Origin: Candidatus Giovannonibacteria bacterium
GTDB lineage: Bacteria > Patescibacteriota > Minisyncoccia > JACPKW01 > UBA11713
DNA length: 64,000 nucleotides
Reading direction: 5' to 3'
Assembly: GCA_016186825.1 (NCBI GenBank)
Contig: JACPKW010000005.1
Coordinates: 66,025 to 130,024, forward strand
A program made the translations under genes and the position numbers. The first letter of the stretch is position 1; each line of letters starts with the position of its first letter. Positions 10,243-18,672 of this stretch are shown here, in pieces. The notes under the pieces were generated by a model. That model ran no database searches and had not been told where the DNA came from. It worked only from the letters and a program-made list of their open reading frames with translations.

Positions 10243-10449
10243 TTATATTCTCTCCAGCGCCTCTTTTATTTTTATCGCCACATGCGGGCGATGTTTTTCA
10301 TAAAGAGCAAAAATCCCTTCCTTAATATCTTTCCGGCACATCTTCGTAAATTCGTAATATTCTATCTCGGCGCTTTCGTCCGAGAATGCGGGGTTCGTGA
10401 GCTCCATTTCGAAGTAGTTCAGAAACTTTACTTTGGTTAGGTCTTCCAT
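10243..10449 (-). CDS. Hypothetical small acidic protein (68 aa), co-transcribed with 9856..10230
   Basis: RBS AAGGAGG upstream. A 12-nt gap separates it from the downstream gene. Confidence 0.5.
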   Translation of the reverse strand: MEDLTKVKFLNYFEMELTNPAFSDESAEIEYYEFTKMCRKDIKEGIFALYEKHRPHVAIKIKEALERI

Positions 10450-10655
10450 AAAGCCTCCTTGTTAAATTGTCTGCCGGGAACGTTACAAAATTGAAACTAG
10501 CATATGCAAAATACTAAATCAAGAATTCTGACGTTCTATCGGGGTTAAAAAATTTGCATTAAAAAATAGGCGTAAAATAGAAGCTCCGAGCTATGCGAGC
10601 GACAGTTTTTTGATGTTTGTTACATATCCTTTCATATTTATATTTTAAAAGCTAA

Positions 10656-11156
10656 TTAATTTAGTACCCAAATGGAGTAGTTGAGATATGCGGCAAAGCT
10701 GACCCAAAGAATGTACGGAACGAGAAGCCAAGCGGCCGGTTTGGAGATTTTTGCAAAAGCGATGATGGTGGCGAGAATGGCGAGCCAGAGGAAGATGATC
10801 TCGACAAACGCGATGCCAATGTTGTTAAGACCGTTTAAGGTGAGCGAAGTCGAACCGAAAAAAATAATTGACCAGAGCATGTTTAAGACAAGCTGACCGA
10901 GGAATATGCCGAGAGCGATTTTTACATCCCTGCGATCCAGTCCCTTTTTCCAAACAAGGAACGCCGCGATGCCCATAAGCACGAACAGCGTCGTCCAGAC
11001 AGGTCCGAACACCCACGCGGGAGGATTAAGCGCAGGCTTCACGAGCCCGCCATACCAGTTCGGAATTACTGAGACAGTAAAAAACGAACCGATTATACCG
11101 GCCAATTCCGAAACACCAATCGCAATTATTAATTTAAAAAAATTATTAAGCTTCAT
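10656..11156 (-). CDS. tspO: TspO/MBR tryptophan-rich sensory protein
   Basis: Five TM helices. Conserved NPPAWVFGPVWTTLFVLMG and WLLVPYILWVSFAAYLN motifs. Confidence 0.85.
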   Translation of the reverse strand: MKLNNFFKLIIAIGVSELAGIIGSFFTVSVIPNWYGGLVKPALNPPAWVFGPVWTTLFVLMGIAAFLVWKKGLDRRDVKIALGIFLGQLVLNMLWSIIFFGSTSLTLNGLNNIGIAFVEIIFLWLAILATIIAFAKISKPAAWLLVPYILWVSFAAYLNYSIWVLN

Positions 11157-11169
11157 AAATTTGATTTGT

Positions 11170-11211
11170 TACAATATCCTTAAAAACTGGAGTTTTTAAG
11201 GATATTGTAAT
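11170..11211. promoter_or_regulatory. Perfect 19-bp inverted repeat with a 5-nt spacer: TTACAATATCCTTAAAAAC-TGGAG-GTTTTTAAGGATATTGTAA. Candidate operator upstream of tspO.
   Basis: Seen directly in the sequence. It overlaps the 3' end of the ArsR ORF and lies 15-55 bp upstream of the tspO start. A half-site recurs at 11514-11541 and 13079-13105. Confidence 0.5.
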
Positions 11212-11492
11212 GTCTTTTGAAACGACTGCAGAAAGTGGGCAAATGTTTTGCCATATGGTGACAGGGTGTGCTCCACAAATTTACCGCGGTACTTTTTATT
11301 CAGAAGTCCTGCCTGACAAAGTCGGCGTGTGTGTTCGCCAATAGTTTTTTCGTTGGCACCAAGTGCCTCAATAATATCCTCGAGCGTTATCCCGTTACGT
11401 TTCGCAATAAGAAGAAGTATATCAATCCGGTAATGATTGGCCAACCCCTTCAGATGCCGCTCCATTTGTTTCGCCGTCTTTATTTTTACCAT
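11196..11492 (-). CDS. ArsR/SmtB-family winged-helix transcriptional regulator
   Basis: HYRIDILLLIAKRNGITLEDIIEALGANEKTIGEHTRRLCQAGLL HTH segment typical of the ArsR family. About 98 aa. Confidence 0.8.
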   Translation of the reverse strand: MVKIKTAKQMERHLKGLANHYRIDILLLIAKRNGITLEDIIEALGANEKTIGEHTRRLCQAGLLNKKYRGKFVEHTLSPYGKTFAHFLQSFQKTLQYP

Positions 11493-11513
11493 AGTTATAT
11501 TATATACAATACA

Positions 11514-11541
11514 CTTACATTCTCAAGTTTTTAAGGATGTC
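11514..11541. promoter_or_regulatory. Half-site copy of the tspO-upstream palindrome (ACATTCTCAAGTTTTTAAGGATGT), located upstream of the ArsR gene
   Basis: Shares GTTTTTAAGGAT with 11170-11211. Lies 20-50 bp upstream of the ArsR start. Confidence 0.4.
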
Positions 11542-11753
11542 AGTTGGGTTTATTTTCTTCTGCATGAGCCGTGATCTAGATATTGCAACTCTTGTGCTCC
11601 CGACACCACGCTTCGCATTTCTCCGCGCACTTCTTCTTGAAGTAAGTGATTGACCTCGGGCCAGAGCTTTACACCTCCACACCAAAATTTTGGTGTATTG
11701 AGACGAGTTTGACAAGCTGGCGAAGTGTAGCAAAAAACTCCCGTCTTCTAATT

Positions 11754-13019
11754 TTATTTTAAGCAAGACCGATAAAGTTTCAGATGATCCAAAACCAGAC
11801 GCGGGAATAAAAAATTCTCCAAAACGGTTTTTCTCGCAGTTTTACCCATTATTCTTTTCTTTGACGGATGGGATAAAAGAAAAATTATTTTTTGAGCCAT
11901 TTCCTCGGGAGATTTCACAATAAAGCCGTTTTCCCCATTTTGTATCTGTTTTCTGATTCCCGAAGCCGGGCTGCCGATTATCGCCTGGCGTTTCCACATT
12001 GCTTCCGTGACCACCAAGCCAAAACCTTCTTTGACGGAATTTTGAACGATGACATCAGCCGCGTTTTGCGCCATAACGGTAAACTCTAAAACATCTTTTC
12101 CTTTTGGATCAAAAAATAAATAAATATCGCGGGATTTGCCGGCAATAGCAGCAATATCTTTATAAACTACCATTGCTGCTGGATTATCTTTGGCAGTGTT
12201 GAAGCCAACCAAAGCCAGTTGCGCGCCCGGGTAGGTATTTTGAACTATTCGGAAGGCCTGGATAACTCCCATCGGGTTTTTCCAAACATCAAAGCGCGAT
12301 ACCTGCGCAACGAGAGGACAACTTGCTGGAATGCCGCCGTGTTTTTTTAAATACAGACGGGCAACTTTTTGGGAAACAATCTTTTGCTTGGGAGCCAGAG
12401 GATCTATGGCCGGCGTGAAAACTTTTATTTTGCGTCCCGGCAAACTGCCGCTAACAAAATTGCGATTACTGAAAACAATTCGATGATAGGATGCAACGGC
12501 AGGAAGAAGTTTTTTCCAAACCTGTCTAAAAACAGAAGAGGTGTCAATATGACTGAAATATATTTTATGCTTATGAAGACGCGCGAGATGTCCAGCCAAA
12601 AGAAGTTGGGGATCATTTACGGCCAAAACATCACAATCAATTTTATCAAGCTCGGCGGCGATGCGCCCGCTTAACCTTTCATATTCAGTCCATTCCCGAC
12701 CGCTGATTTTTACCGGCGCGCCTTGCAAAGCGTTGTGAATTTTGTTGGTTACCTCAAAAAACTTTTTGCTGACGTCGGGATTGATAAAATACCAGTCGCT
12801 TTCAACACCTAAAGAACGAAAATACAGGACGAGACTTGCAAGTATTTCCGCGACGCCTCCGCCATCCGCTACAGCATTGATATGCACCACTCTTTTCCCC
12901 CGAAGATAAGAGGCCTGCTTCAATAATTCCCCTTTTTGCCCCTCCGGCATAAATCTCAAAAAGTCTGCTCGGCGTACTTGTTTTGAAAGAATGATTTTTC
13001 GGATATTTAAATTTTTCAT
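11754..13019 (-). CDS. treT: GT4-family glycosyltransferase, TreT-like (trehalose glycosyltransferring synthase) by motif
   Basis: N-terminal HINAVADGGGVAEILASLV ... KIHNALQG resembles TreT/trehalose-synthase GT4 enzymes. C-terminal EGFGLVVTEAM GT-B motif. Confidence 0.55.
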   Translation of the reverse strand: MKNLNIRKIILSKQVRRADFLRFMPEGQKGELLKQASYLRGKRVVHINAVADGGGVAEILASLVLYFRSLGVESDWYFINPDVSKKFFEVTNKIHNALQGAPVKISGREWTEYERLSGRIAAELDKIDCDVLAVNDPQLLLAGHLARLHKHKIYFSHIDTSSVFRQVWKKLLPAVASYHRIVFSNRNFVSGSLPGRKIKVFTPAIDPLAPKQKIVSQKVARLYLKKHGGIPASCPLVAQVSRFDVWKNPMGVIQAFRIVQNTYPGAQLALVGFNTAKDNPAAMVVYKDIAAIAGKSRDIYLFFDPKGKDVLEFTVMAQNAADVIVQNSVKEGFGLVVTEAMWKRQAIIGSPASGIRKQIQNGENGFIVKSPEEMAQKIIFLLSHPSKKRIMGKTARKTVLENFLFPRLVLDHLKLYRSCLK

Positions 13020-13078
13020 AACTCCTTATTTTCTTTTTGAATCACTTTGACCATATTTTTGATTGTACACAATACCCC

Positions 13079-13105
13079 AACATTCTCAAGTTTATAAGGA
13101 TGTTA
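13079..13105. promoter_or_regulatory. Third copy of the ArsR-box-like motif (ACATTCTCAAGTTTATAAGGATGT), upstream of the TreT-like gene
   Basis: Lies 60-85 bp upstream of the minus-strand start at 13019. Confidence 0.4.
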
Positions 13106-13283
13106 CGCGCTGGATGCGGACTAACGGACGGATGCTCTAAATTTTCCACCGAAAACCTTTCGGACACTCTAAAATTTTTCCTCTCCGGACTCAAAACCAC
13201 CAAAGGAATTGAAAGAAATCTTTTTGCTAAAAAGTTTCTTTCAAACATTTTCTATTCCCCCGAAAGCATTAAAATCCGCTTCA

Positions 13284-13415
13284 CCCCGTTAGAAAATTCT
13301 TTTCTAACGGGGGTTCATTTCTCGCCAAAGCGTCCCGCCGTGGCGGGACGCGGAGCGAAGCCCAGCCCCGCTTGTAGCGGGGCTGGGCGACCTGCCTGCC
13401 GGCAAGGCAGGGCGA
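13284..13415. repeat. Cluster of four strong GC-rich hairpins, including the CCTGCCTGCCGGCAAGGCAGG member of a dispersed palindromic repeat family
   Basis: Perfect 13-bp hairpin CCCCGTTAGAAAA/TTTTCTAACGGGG. Also CGTCCCGCC-GTG-GCGGGACG, CCCAGCCCCGC-TTGTA-GCGGGGCTGGG and CCTGCCTGCCGGCAAGGCAGG. The last of these recurs at 56900-57030. Confidence 0.55.
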
Positions 13416-13440
13416 ACCCTCTCGTCTTCAAAAAATGAGT

Positions 13441-13660
13441 TCGTATCTAGTTTCTTGGCTCCATACCCTGAACGAAATCCGAACGCATTTTCAGGAAACC
13501 TCCGACGAATGAAGCCGCCCCGCCGCCGCTCGCTAACGCTCGCCAGCCAGCAAAAAAGTTTTCTCTGCATTTCTGATTTTGCGCGCGCCGGATTTCTCCC
13601 CCCAACCCCCTCCTGCCGAGCCGTCCTCACGGTTGGCGGTGGCGTTTATTTCTAAATTAT
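13441..13660. repeat. Left terminal inverted repeat (~200 bp) of the cassette; outer terminus TGGCTCCATACCCTGAACG
   Basis: Its reverse complement matches 19010-19265 almost exactly, apart from an ~85-nt insertion in the right copy. Confidence 0.8.
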
Positions 13661-15147
13661 AAAGTTTTATGAAGTGCCTGCCAAATTGAATACATCGCAT
13701 ACGTATCAAGCCCACAATATATTTTTAGATCGTTTATGGATTTCTCTTTTTGGGCGTCGTTAAAACCGCCACTTACGATTTTATTCCAAGTATCTGCGGC
13801 ACTTCCACCATCTCGTATTTCAAGCTCTTTGTATGATAATTCAGGAACTAAAACAGGCAAAATTCTTTTTATGGAAGTGCCGCCCCTAAAGTCTCGGTGT
13901 ATATGATATTGTTTTCTAAAAATATCTTCCAAGTCATACACGCGTCCTTTCAAGGAATCCATAAACGATTTCATTTCGGGAATTCTAATCGCAATCTCGT
14001 CGTTTCTTCCACACTCAAATCCTTTGTGCCAAACAATAATACTCCCAGTCGTACCCAAATGTTTTTGTAACGATTCAGCAAATGATTTACTCGGATCATC
14101 GGACGCAACGTGTAAAAACTCATAATGTTCCGGTTTGCTTTCCGGCGACTTCAAAACATCAACGGAATATTGGAACGGTATTTGATGGTAGGGGGAAAAC
14201 CCGTCAAATCTTGGAATTGCCGCTGGAAACGTTTCGTAATCTAAAAAATATAAGGGGAATGTTAAAGCATCAAACTCTGCTTTGATTTTTTCTTTTTCAA
14301 CCAAAACTTTATTCAGAATATATGTGTCAACCTGGCCCTGTTGAATATCGGTTAGCTTGATATGGGAAGGAATTTTATCGAGGTGAAAAATATTATTATC
14401 AATCAATTCCTTCAGTTTTGCTTTACTGTTTCCTATGCGCGCTATATCGTGGACGCTATATTCTGGAACTTCTGGATTTGAATGCTGAAAGGTTGAACAA
14501 TGCTTGGAGCGTCCTTTATAAACACAACAGCAATATCCGTTTGGTTTAGTCTCTTGAGAAAGATATTCAAGTGCCCCTTGCGATTCATTGGATACTTCTG
14601 TTGTTAAACTTTCAACTTCGCTAGTGACATCGACAATCTTAAATAAATTTTGAATGTCAAGATCATTCGTTCGCACATATTCCGAATTCAAATGTATTAT
14701 GTATGCCTTGTCGATTTGTAAACCATGCTTTCTTAGTAAGTTAACTTGAAAAGCTAGGTCGTGATAATGAGTTTTGTTATCTACGTCGCTTGTTGATTTT
14801 ATTTCGTATACAAAATAACCACCGCTCTCCGGATTAAACTTCAAAACATCTATTGCCGCCAAAAGATTACCACCAACAAAGACAGGTTGAAACAGGATTT
14901 CTTGATGCTTTGCAATGTAATCCTGCGTAACTTTTTGCCCTTCCTCATCTCGCCGTTCAATTAAAACGCCGCCTGGAAATAATTTCCGCGCTATCAATTC
15001 AACTTCATTACCTGTCTCCATGATGGACTTTTCAAATTCAGATAATTCAGATTCAGAATAAATGTCTGGTCTATGTATTTTATACCAGACATTTTGAGGG
15101 CATTCTCTATAAAGAATATAATCAGTTTTTGTAAGTGTAATAGTCAT
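13657..15147 (-). CDS. DUF2779-family protein: N-terminal Cas4/RecB-like PD-(D/E)xK nuclease with a Cys cluster plus a C-terminal DEDD (RNase H-like) exonuclease-like domain
   Basis: N-terminus TKTDYILYRECPQNVWYK (DUF2779-like). CCCVYKGRSKHCSTF cysteine cluster. YFLDYETFPAAIPRFDGFSPYHQIPFQYS (D-x-E) and YCGLDTYAMY at the C-terminus. Confidence 0.65.
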   Translation of the reverse strand: MTITLTKTDYILYRECPQNVWYKIHRPDIYSESELSEFEKSIMETGNEVELIARKLFPGGVLIERRDEEGQKVTQDYIAKHQEILFQPVFVGGNLLAAIDVLKFNPESGGYFVYEIKSTSDVDNKTHYHDLAFQVNLLRKHGLQIDKAYIIHLNSEYVRTNDLDIQNLFKIVDVTSEVESLTTEVSNESQGALEYLSQETKPNGYCCCVYKGRSKHCSTFQHSNPEVPEYSVHDIARIGNSKAKLKELIDNNIFHLDKIPSHIKLTDIQQGQVDTYILNKVLVEKEKIKAEFDALTFPLYFLDYETFPAAIPRFDGFSPYHQIPFQYSVDVLKSPESKPEHYEFLHVASDDPSKSFAESLQKHLGTTGSIIVWHKGFECGRNDEIAIRIPEMKSFMDSLKGRVYDLEDIFRKQYHIHRDFRGGTSIKRILPVLVPELSYKELEIRDGGSAADTWNKIVSGGFNDAQKEKSINDLKIYCGLDTYAMYSIWQALHKTL

Positions 15148-15148
15148 A

Positions 15149-18100
15149 TTAAGATTGTATCCATCCTTTATCTTCTAGCTTTCCAATGACAATGCGTCCG
15201 ATTGTCGCATTATCTTGAAATGAGTAGATCAATCCAGCATGGCGTGTTTTCAAGCCAATCCATGTTTTTACTTCTAGCGCAACCGCCAAATTTTTACCAT
15301 CAGGTGATAGCTCGGCCGCCTCAACTTTGCATTTTCCACCCTTTAGCGAAGCGGACACATAATCGTTTATCGTCTGCCATAACTCCGGCTTATCAGATTT
15401 TTTCCTTGTTCCATTCAAAAGATTGAATAACAAATCTAGATGAAATGGGGCTTGCGTGGAAATAAATTCTGAATATACAGGTACCCCTGTCAGCTCGCAA
15501 TCTTTTAGATCTTCGGGATGACATTTGCGACCACTCCACGAACAAGACCTTGCTTCCGAAGGAGAACAGAAATTCCCAATAATAGAACGAACGGCTTCAG
15601 TTTCAAGGAGGGGCGCACCAGACAAGTTGCTGAATATAAATTCTTGCTTATGGCCCGTCTTGCCAGAAACAACAGATTTTAGCTGTTCATCGTTTCGATA
15701 TTTTTTCCCCGATATTTGGCTAACTGCCAATTCACTTTCAAGAACTTCTGATTTAGTGAATTCACATATTCCAAAATATTGCGCTTCGGCACGCTTCCCA
15801 CTTAGAACCGATGTCTTTAAAAATTTTTTAGCAACCATCTCTCCGGTTACAGCTGATTTTTCCGCCTCATCAACCAAAACTCGCTTCTGGCTGAATGCAC
15901 AGAGAACAGTGTGCTCTGGATATGCGAACCGACTACTTATCTCCGATTGGACCAGAAAATGTCGAAGTGCAACTTGTTTAGTAATAGCGCATTGACCGAG
16001 ACAGTCGCGGGGTACTACCTTGCCGGATTTCATACATTTATCCATTTCAGGCGATATCACCTTTGTCGAAAAAGGAGTTATGGTCAATAGACTTCTATAT
16101 TCGCCGCCCTCATCAAATTTGTATGACACTCTTGTTTTCAAATCTCTATGAACGGTGCCTTCAAGACCAACCAATGAAATTTCTAATCTGGGAGTAAATT
16201 CGTCTTCAAGTTTTTTCTTTTTGCGTAGATCGTTACCCGCCGAGGCCATTTCCTGCTCTCTCCTCTCGGTATAAAAGCGACAGAAATCCAAAATATTTGG
16301 ATCTTGCATTGCTTTTTCTGCTAACTTTTTAGAAATTGCACCTATTGTCGTGGGGTTTTCTATTTGAGCACCTATCGGCTCAAGTCCAATCTTGGTAACA
16401 AAGTTGAAATGTTCTTCTGGAGAACATTCAACCTCAACCAATCGCTCATAACTATCATGAGCCACGGTTGCACGAACTCTTAACAACGCCTTACCTGCAA
16501 AATGCCTCGATACGTCTTGTATATCAATTTCTCTAAAATCTGCCCCGAAATTTTTGACCCAATCATTTGCAATTTTCTCGGCTCCCATGTGAGGATTTTG
16601 ATCGTTATCGTCCACGAGATGCAATCCGACATTTGTAACCTTACTCACAAGGCGTTCAAATACTGCCGTACCGGGAGCGTACAAAATACTTTCTTCTTTG
16701 CCGCTCAAGGTATTGTTATCAAATCGAATTAACTCTCTTTTTCCACCGAGATGCGACACGACCATATTGCCATCTTCCTTAAGTTTCGCACCAAAATCAG
16801 ATAGAGCAGTTAATACAAAAGTGCGAGCATCTATGGTGTGCTCTGTCTGCGGTAGTTTAGGACAGCGCGGACCAAAATCCTGCATGTCTCCCATACCGCC
16901 GAGAAGTGAATTAATGTTCTTTTCTTCTTTTTCTAGCTCTGATTTTGCGTTTTTTATACTTTCTTCGGCTTGCTTGGTTGCTCGCTCCACGTCCTTACCC
17001 GCTAGCGAAGCAACGACTAATTGTCTTATCTTCTCCTCAAAGCCACTCGATCCATTTTCCTCTCCCTCGTCGATTCCCGACGCTTCAAGCAGAGCCTCAA
17101 TGTCTCCGATTGCATGAGATGCCAACTGCAATTTTTCCATTAATCTGCCAACAATGTACTCCTCAAAAGTATTTTTTAAGACGATGTTAAAAATAGATAC
17201 GTTTTCAAAATTAGAAGACAATCGTTGAATACGACCGATACGTTGTTCAACGATCATCGGATTCCATGGTAAATCATAATTAACTAGAACGTTTGCGGCT
17301 TGTAGATTGATACCCTCTGAACCAGCTTCGGTTGATACAATAACGTGAATTTCGGGTAAATCCTTCTTAAACTTCGCAATAGTTTCTTGGTTCCTAGTAT
17401 TAGAATCACCGTTTATAAGTCCGCAAGAAATTTTTTCTTTTTCAAGAAAACTTTGTATTGCTGTTTGAGTTTCGCGCCATCGAGTGAACACAACTAACCG
17501 CCACGTGTCTGGTTGTTCCACTCTTAGTTTTTCAATCAAAGCACTAAGTCCTTTTAATTTTGTCGTTGTCTTAATGTCTTTCGCAATTTCTTTAACATCC
17601 TTTGCTAAAGATTTTGGCGCGGTATCCTTTTTCGCCATTCCTTCTAGTAGTTTAACTAGCGCCTCGGGGCTACTTACAAGTGCTTGTAAGATTACTATCT
17701 GCGAAAGGTAATTTAGTTCTTGGATTGGTTTCGCAATTACCCTGAAAAGATCTAACTCCTTTTCAGATGGTTCAACTTTATGCATCAGAACTTTTCTTTC
17801 AGGGAAGTGGAGCTTTGCGTCTCCTCTGCGCACACGAGACATATATCCATAGACAATCGAGCGAAATTCATCACGCATTTCCGGTTTAAGTTGGCGTGCA
17901 GTAGTCCGACTATCGGCTATAAATTTTCGAGCGAATGTACCTTGATTGCCAAAGGGATTTTCATGACCTCGTGCAACGGTTAATAAATCCACCAAGGAGT
18001 AAAGATCCCAGAGACGATTTTGTATTGGGGTAGCAGTTAGCATCAGAACATATTTGAATAACCTATCAGAAAGCGCCTTGCGAAATCTTTGTGCAACTTG

Positions 18101-18667
18101 TGGTGTAGGGTCAACGCCGTAAAGATTTCGCAGTTTGTGTGCCTCATCAAGTATCAGCATGTCGAAGCCGTCCTGTTTGATTCTATCGAGATACAATCTA
18201 GCGGTGTTATAAGTTGTTATCACTGCTCCCGTCTCCTCGGGAGGTTCTGCAGTGATAAGTTCTCTGCCGGTAACAATCACTGAAGGGATATCGAATTTAA
18301 CATCCAATTCCTCTTTCCACTGCTCGCGGAGTATTTTCGGGCAGACCACCAATATTTTCGAAATCCTTCCTCGTGAAATGAGTTCACTTACAACCAATCC
18401 GGCACTTATTGTTTTTCCAAGACCAACATCATCTGCCAACAAAGTGACCGGAAGACGACGGCAGAAAGAAATAAGATTTGTAACTTGATGATGGTAGGGC
18501 TCAACACGATCGCGCCATTTACTTTCCGATCGCATATCCTCCCTATCTTCAATAACGATAGGTTCAACCAAGTCCCACTCAAGAGCAGCCCGATACAAAC
18601 CATACTTTTCTGGAGTAGAAGCTCTCTTTAGTGTTCTTGTCTGAAATGGTAGCTGAGATAAATCCAT
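15149..18667 (-). CDS. SNF2/Swi2-family helicase (N-terminal ~530 aa) fused to an uncharacterised ~640-aa Cys-containing C-terminal region
   Basis: Motif I LADDVGLGKTI, motif II LILDEAHKLRN, motif III LTATPIQN, motif VI QRIGRIQR. The C-terminal half has no recognisable motifs. Confidence 0.85.
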   Translation of the reverse strand: MDLSQLPFQTRTLKRASTPEKYGLYRAALEWDLVEPIVIEDREDMRSESKWRDRVEPYHHQVTNLISFCRRLPVTLLADDVGLGKTISAGLVVSELISRGRISKILVVCPKILREQWKEELDVKFDIPSVIVTGRELITAEPPEETGAVITTYNTARLYLDRIKQDGFDMLILDEAHKLRNLYGVDPTPQVAQRFRKALSDRLFKYVLMLTATPIQNRLWDLYSLVDLLTVARGHENPFGNQGTFARKFIADSRTTARQLKPEMRDEFRSIVYGYMSRVRRGDAKLHFPERKVLMHKVEPSEKELDLFRVIAKPIQELNYLSQIVILQALVSSPEALVKLLEGMAKKDTAPKSLAKDVKEIAKDIKTTTKLKGLSALIEKLRVEQPDTWRLVVFTRWRETQTAIQSFLEKEKISCGLINGDSNTRNQETIAKFKKDLPEIHVIVSTEAGSEGINLQAANVLVNYDLPWNPMIVEQRIGRIQRLSSNFENVSIFNIVLKNTFEEYIVGRLMEKLQLASHAIGDIEALLEASGIDEGEENGSSGFEEKIRQLVVASLAGKDVERATKQAEESIKNAKSELEKEEKNINSLLGGMGDMQDFGPRCPKLPQTEHTIDARTFVLTALSDFGAKLKEDGNMVVSHLGGKRELIRFDNNTLSGKEESILYAPGTAVFERLVSKVTNVGLHLVDDNDQNPHMGAEKIANDWVKNFGADFREIDIQDVSRHFAGKALLRVRATVAHDSYERLVEVECSPEEHFNFVTKIGLEPIGAQIENPTTIGAISKKLAEKAMQDPNILDFCRFYTERREQEMASAGNDLRKKKKLEDEFTPRLEISLVGLEGTVHRDLKTRVSYKFDEGGEYRSLLTITPFSTKVISPEMDKCMKSGKVVPRDCLGQCAITKQVALRHFLVQSEISSRFAYPEHTVLCAFSQKRVLVDEAEKSAVTGEMVAKKFLKTSVLSGKRAEAQYFGICEFTKSEVLESELAVSQISGKKYRNDEQLKSVVSGKTGHKQEFIFSNLSGAPLLETEAVRSIIGNFCSPSEARSCSWSGRKCHPEDLKDCELTGVPVYSEFISTQAPFHLDLLFNLLNGTRKKSDKPELWQTINDYVSASLKGGKCKVEAAELSPDGKNLAVALEVKTWIGLKTRHAGLIYSFQDNATIGRIVIGKLEDKGWIQS

Positions 18668-18672
18668 AGTTA

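Noticed and set aside
11515-11766. 83-aa minus-strand ORF
   Set aside because: Arg/Ser-rich, with no RBS. It overlaps the structured intergenic segment and the ArsR-box copy, so it is more likely non-coding.
13037-13655. Track ORFs 13037..13438, 13304..13630, 13455..13655, 13533..13715
   Set aside because: They lie entirely within hairpin-rich repeat and TIR DNA. They have Arg/Pro/Gly-rich low-complexity translations, and their mirror-image ORFs appear in the other TIR copy. They are artefacts of the repeat sequence.
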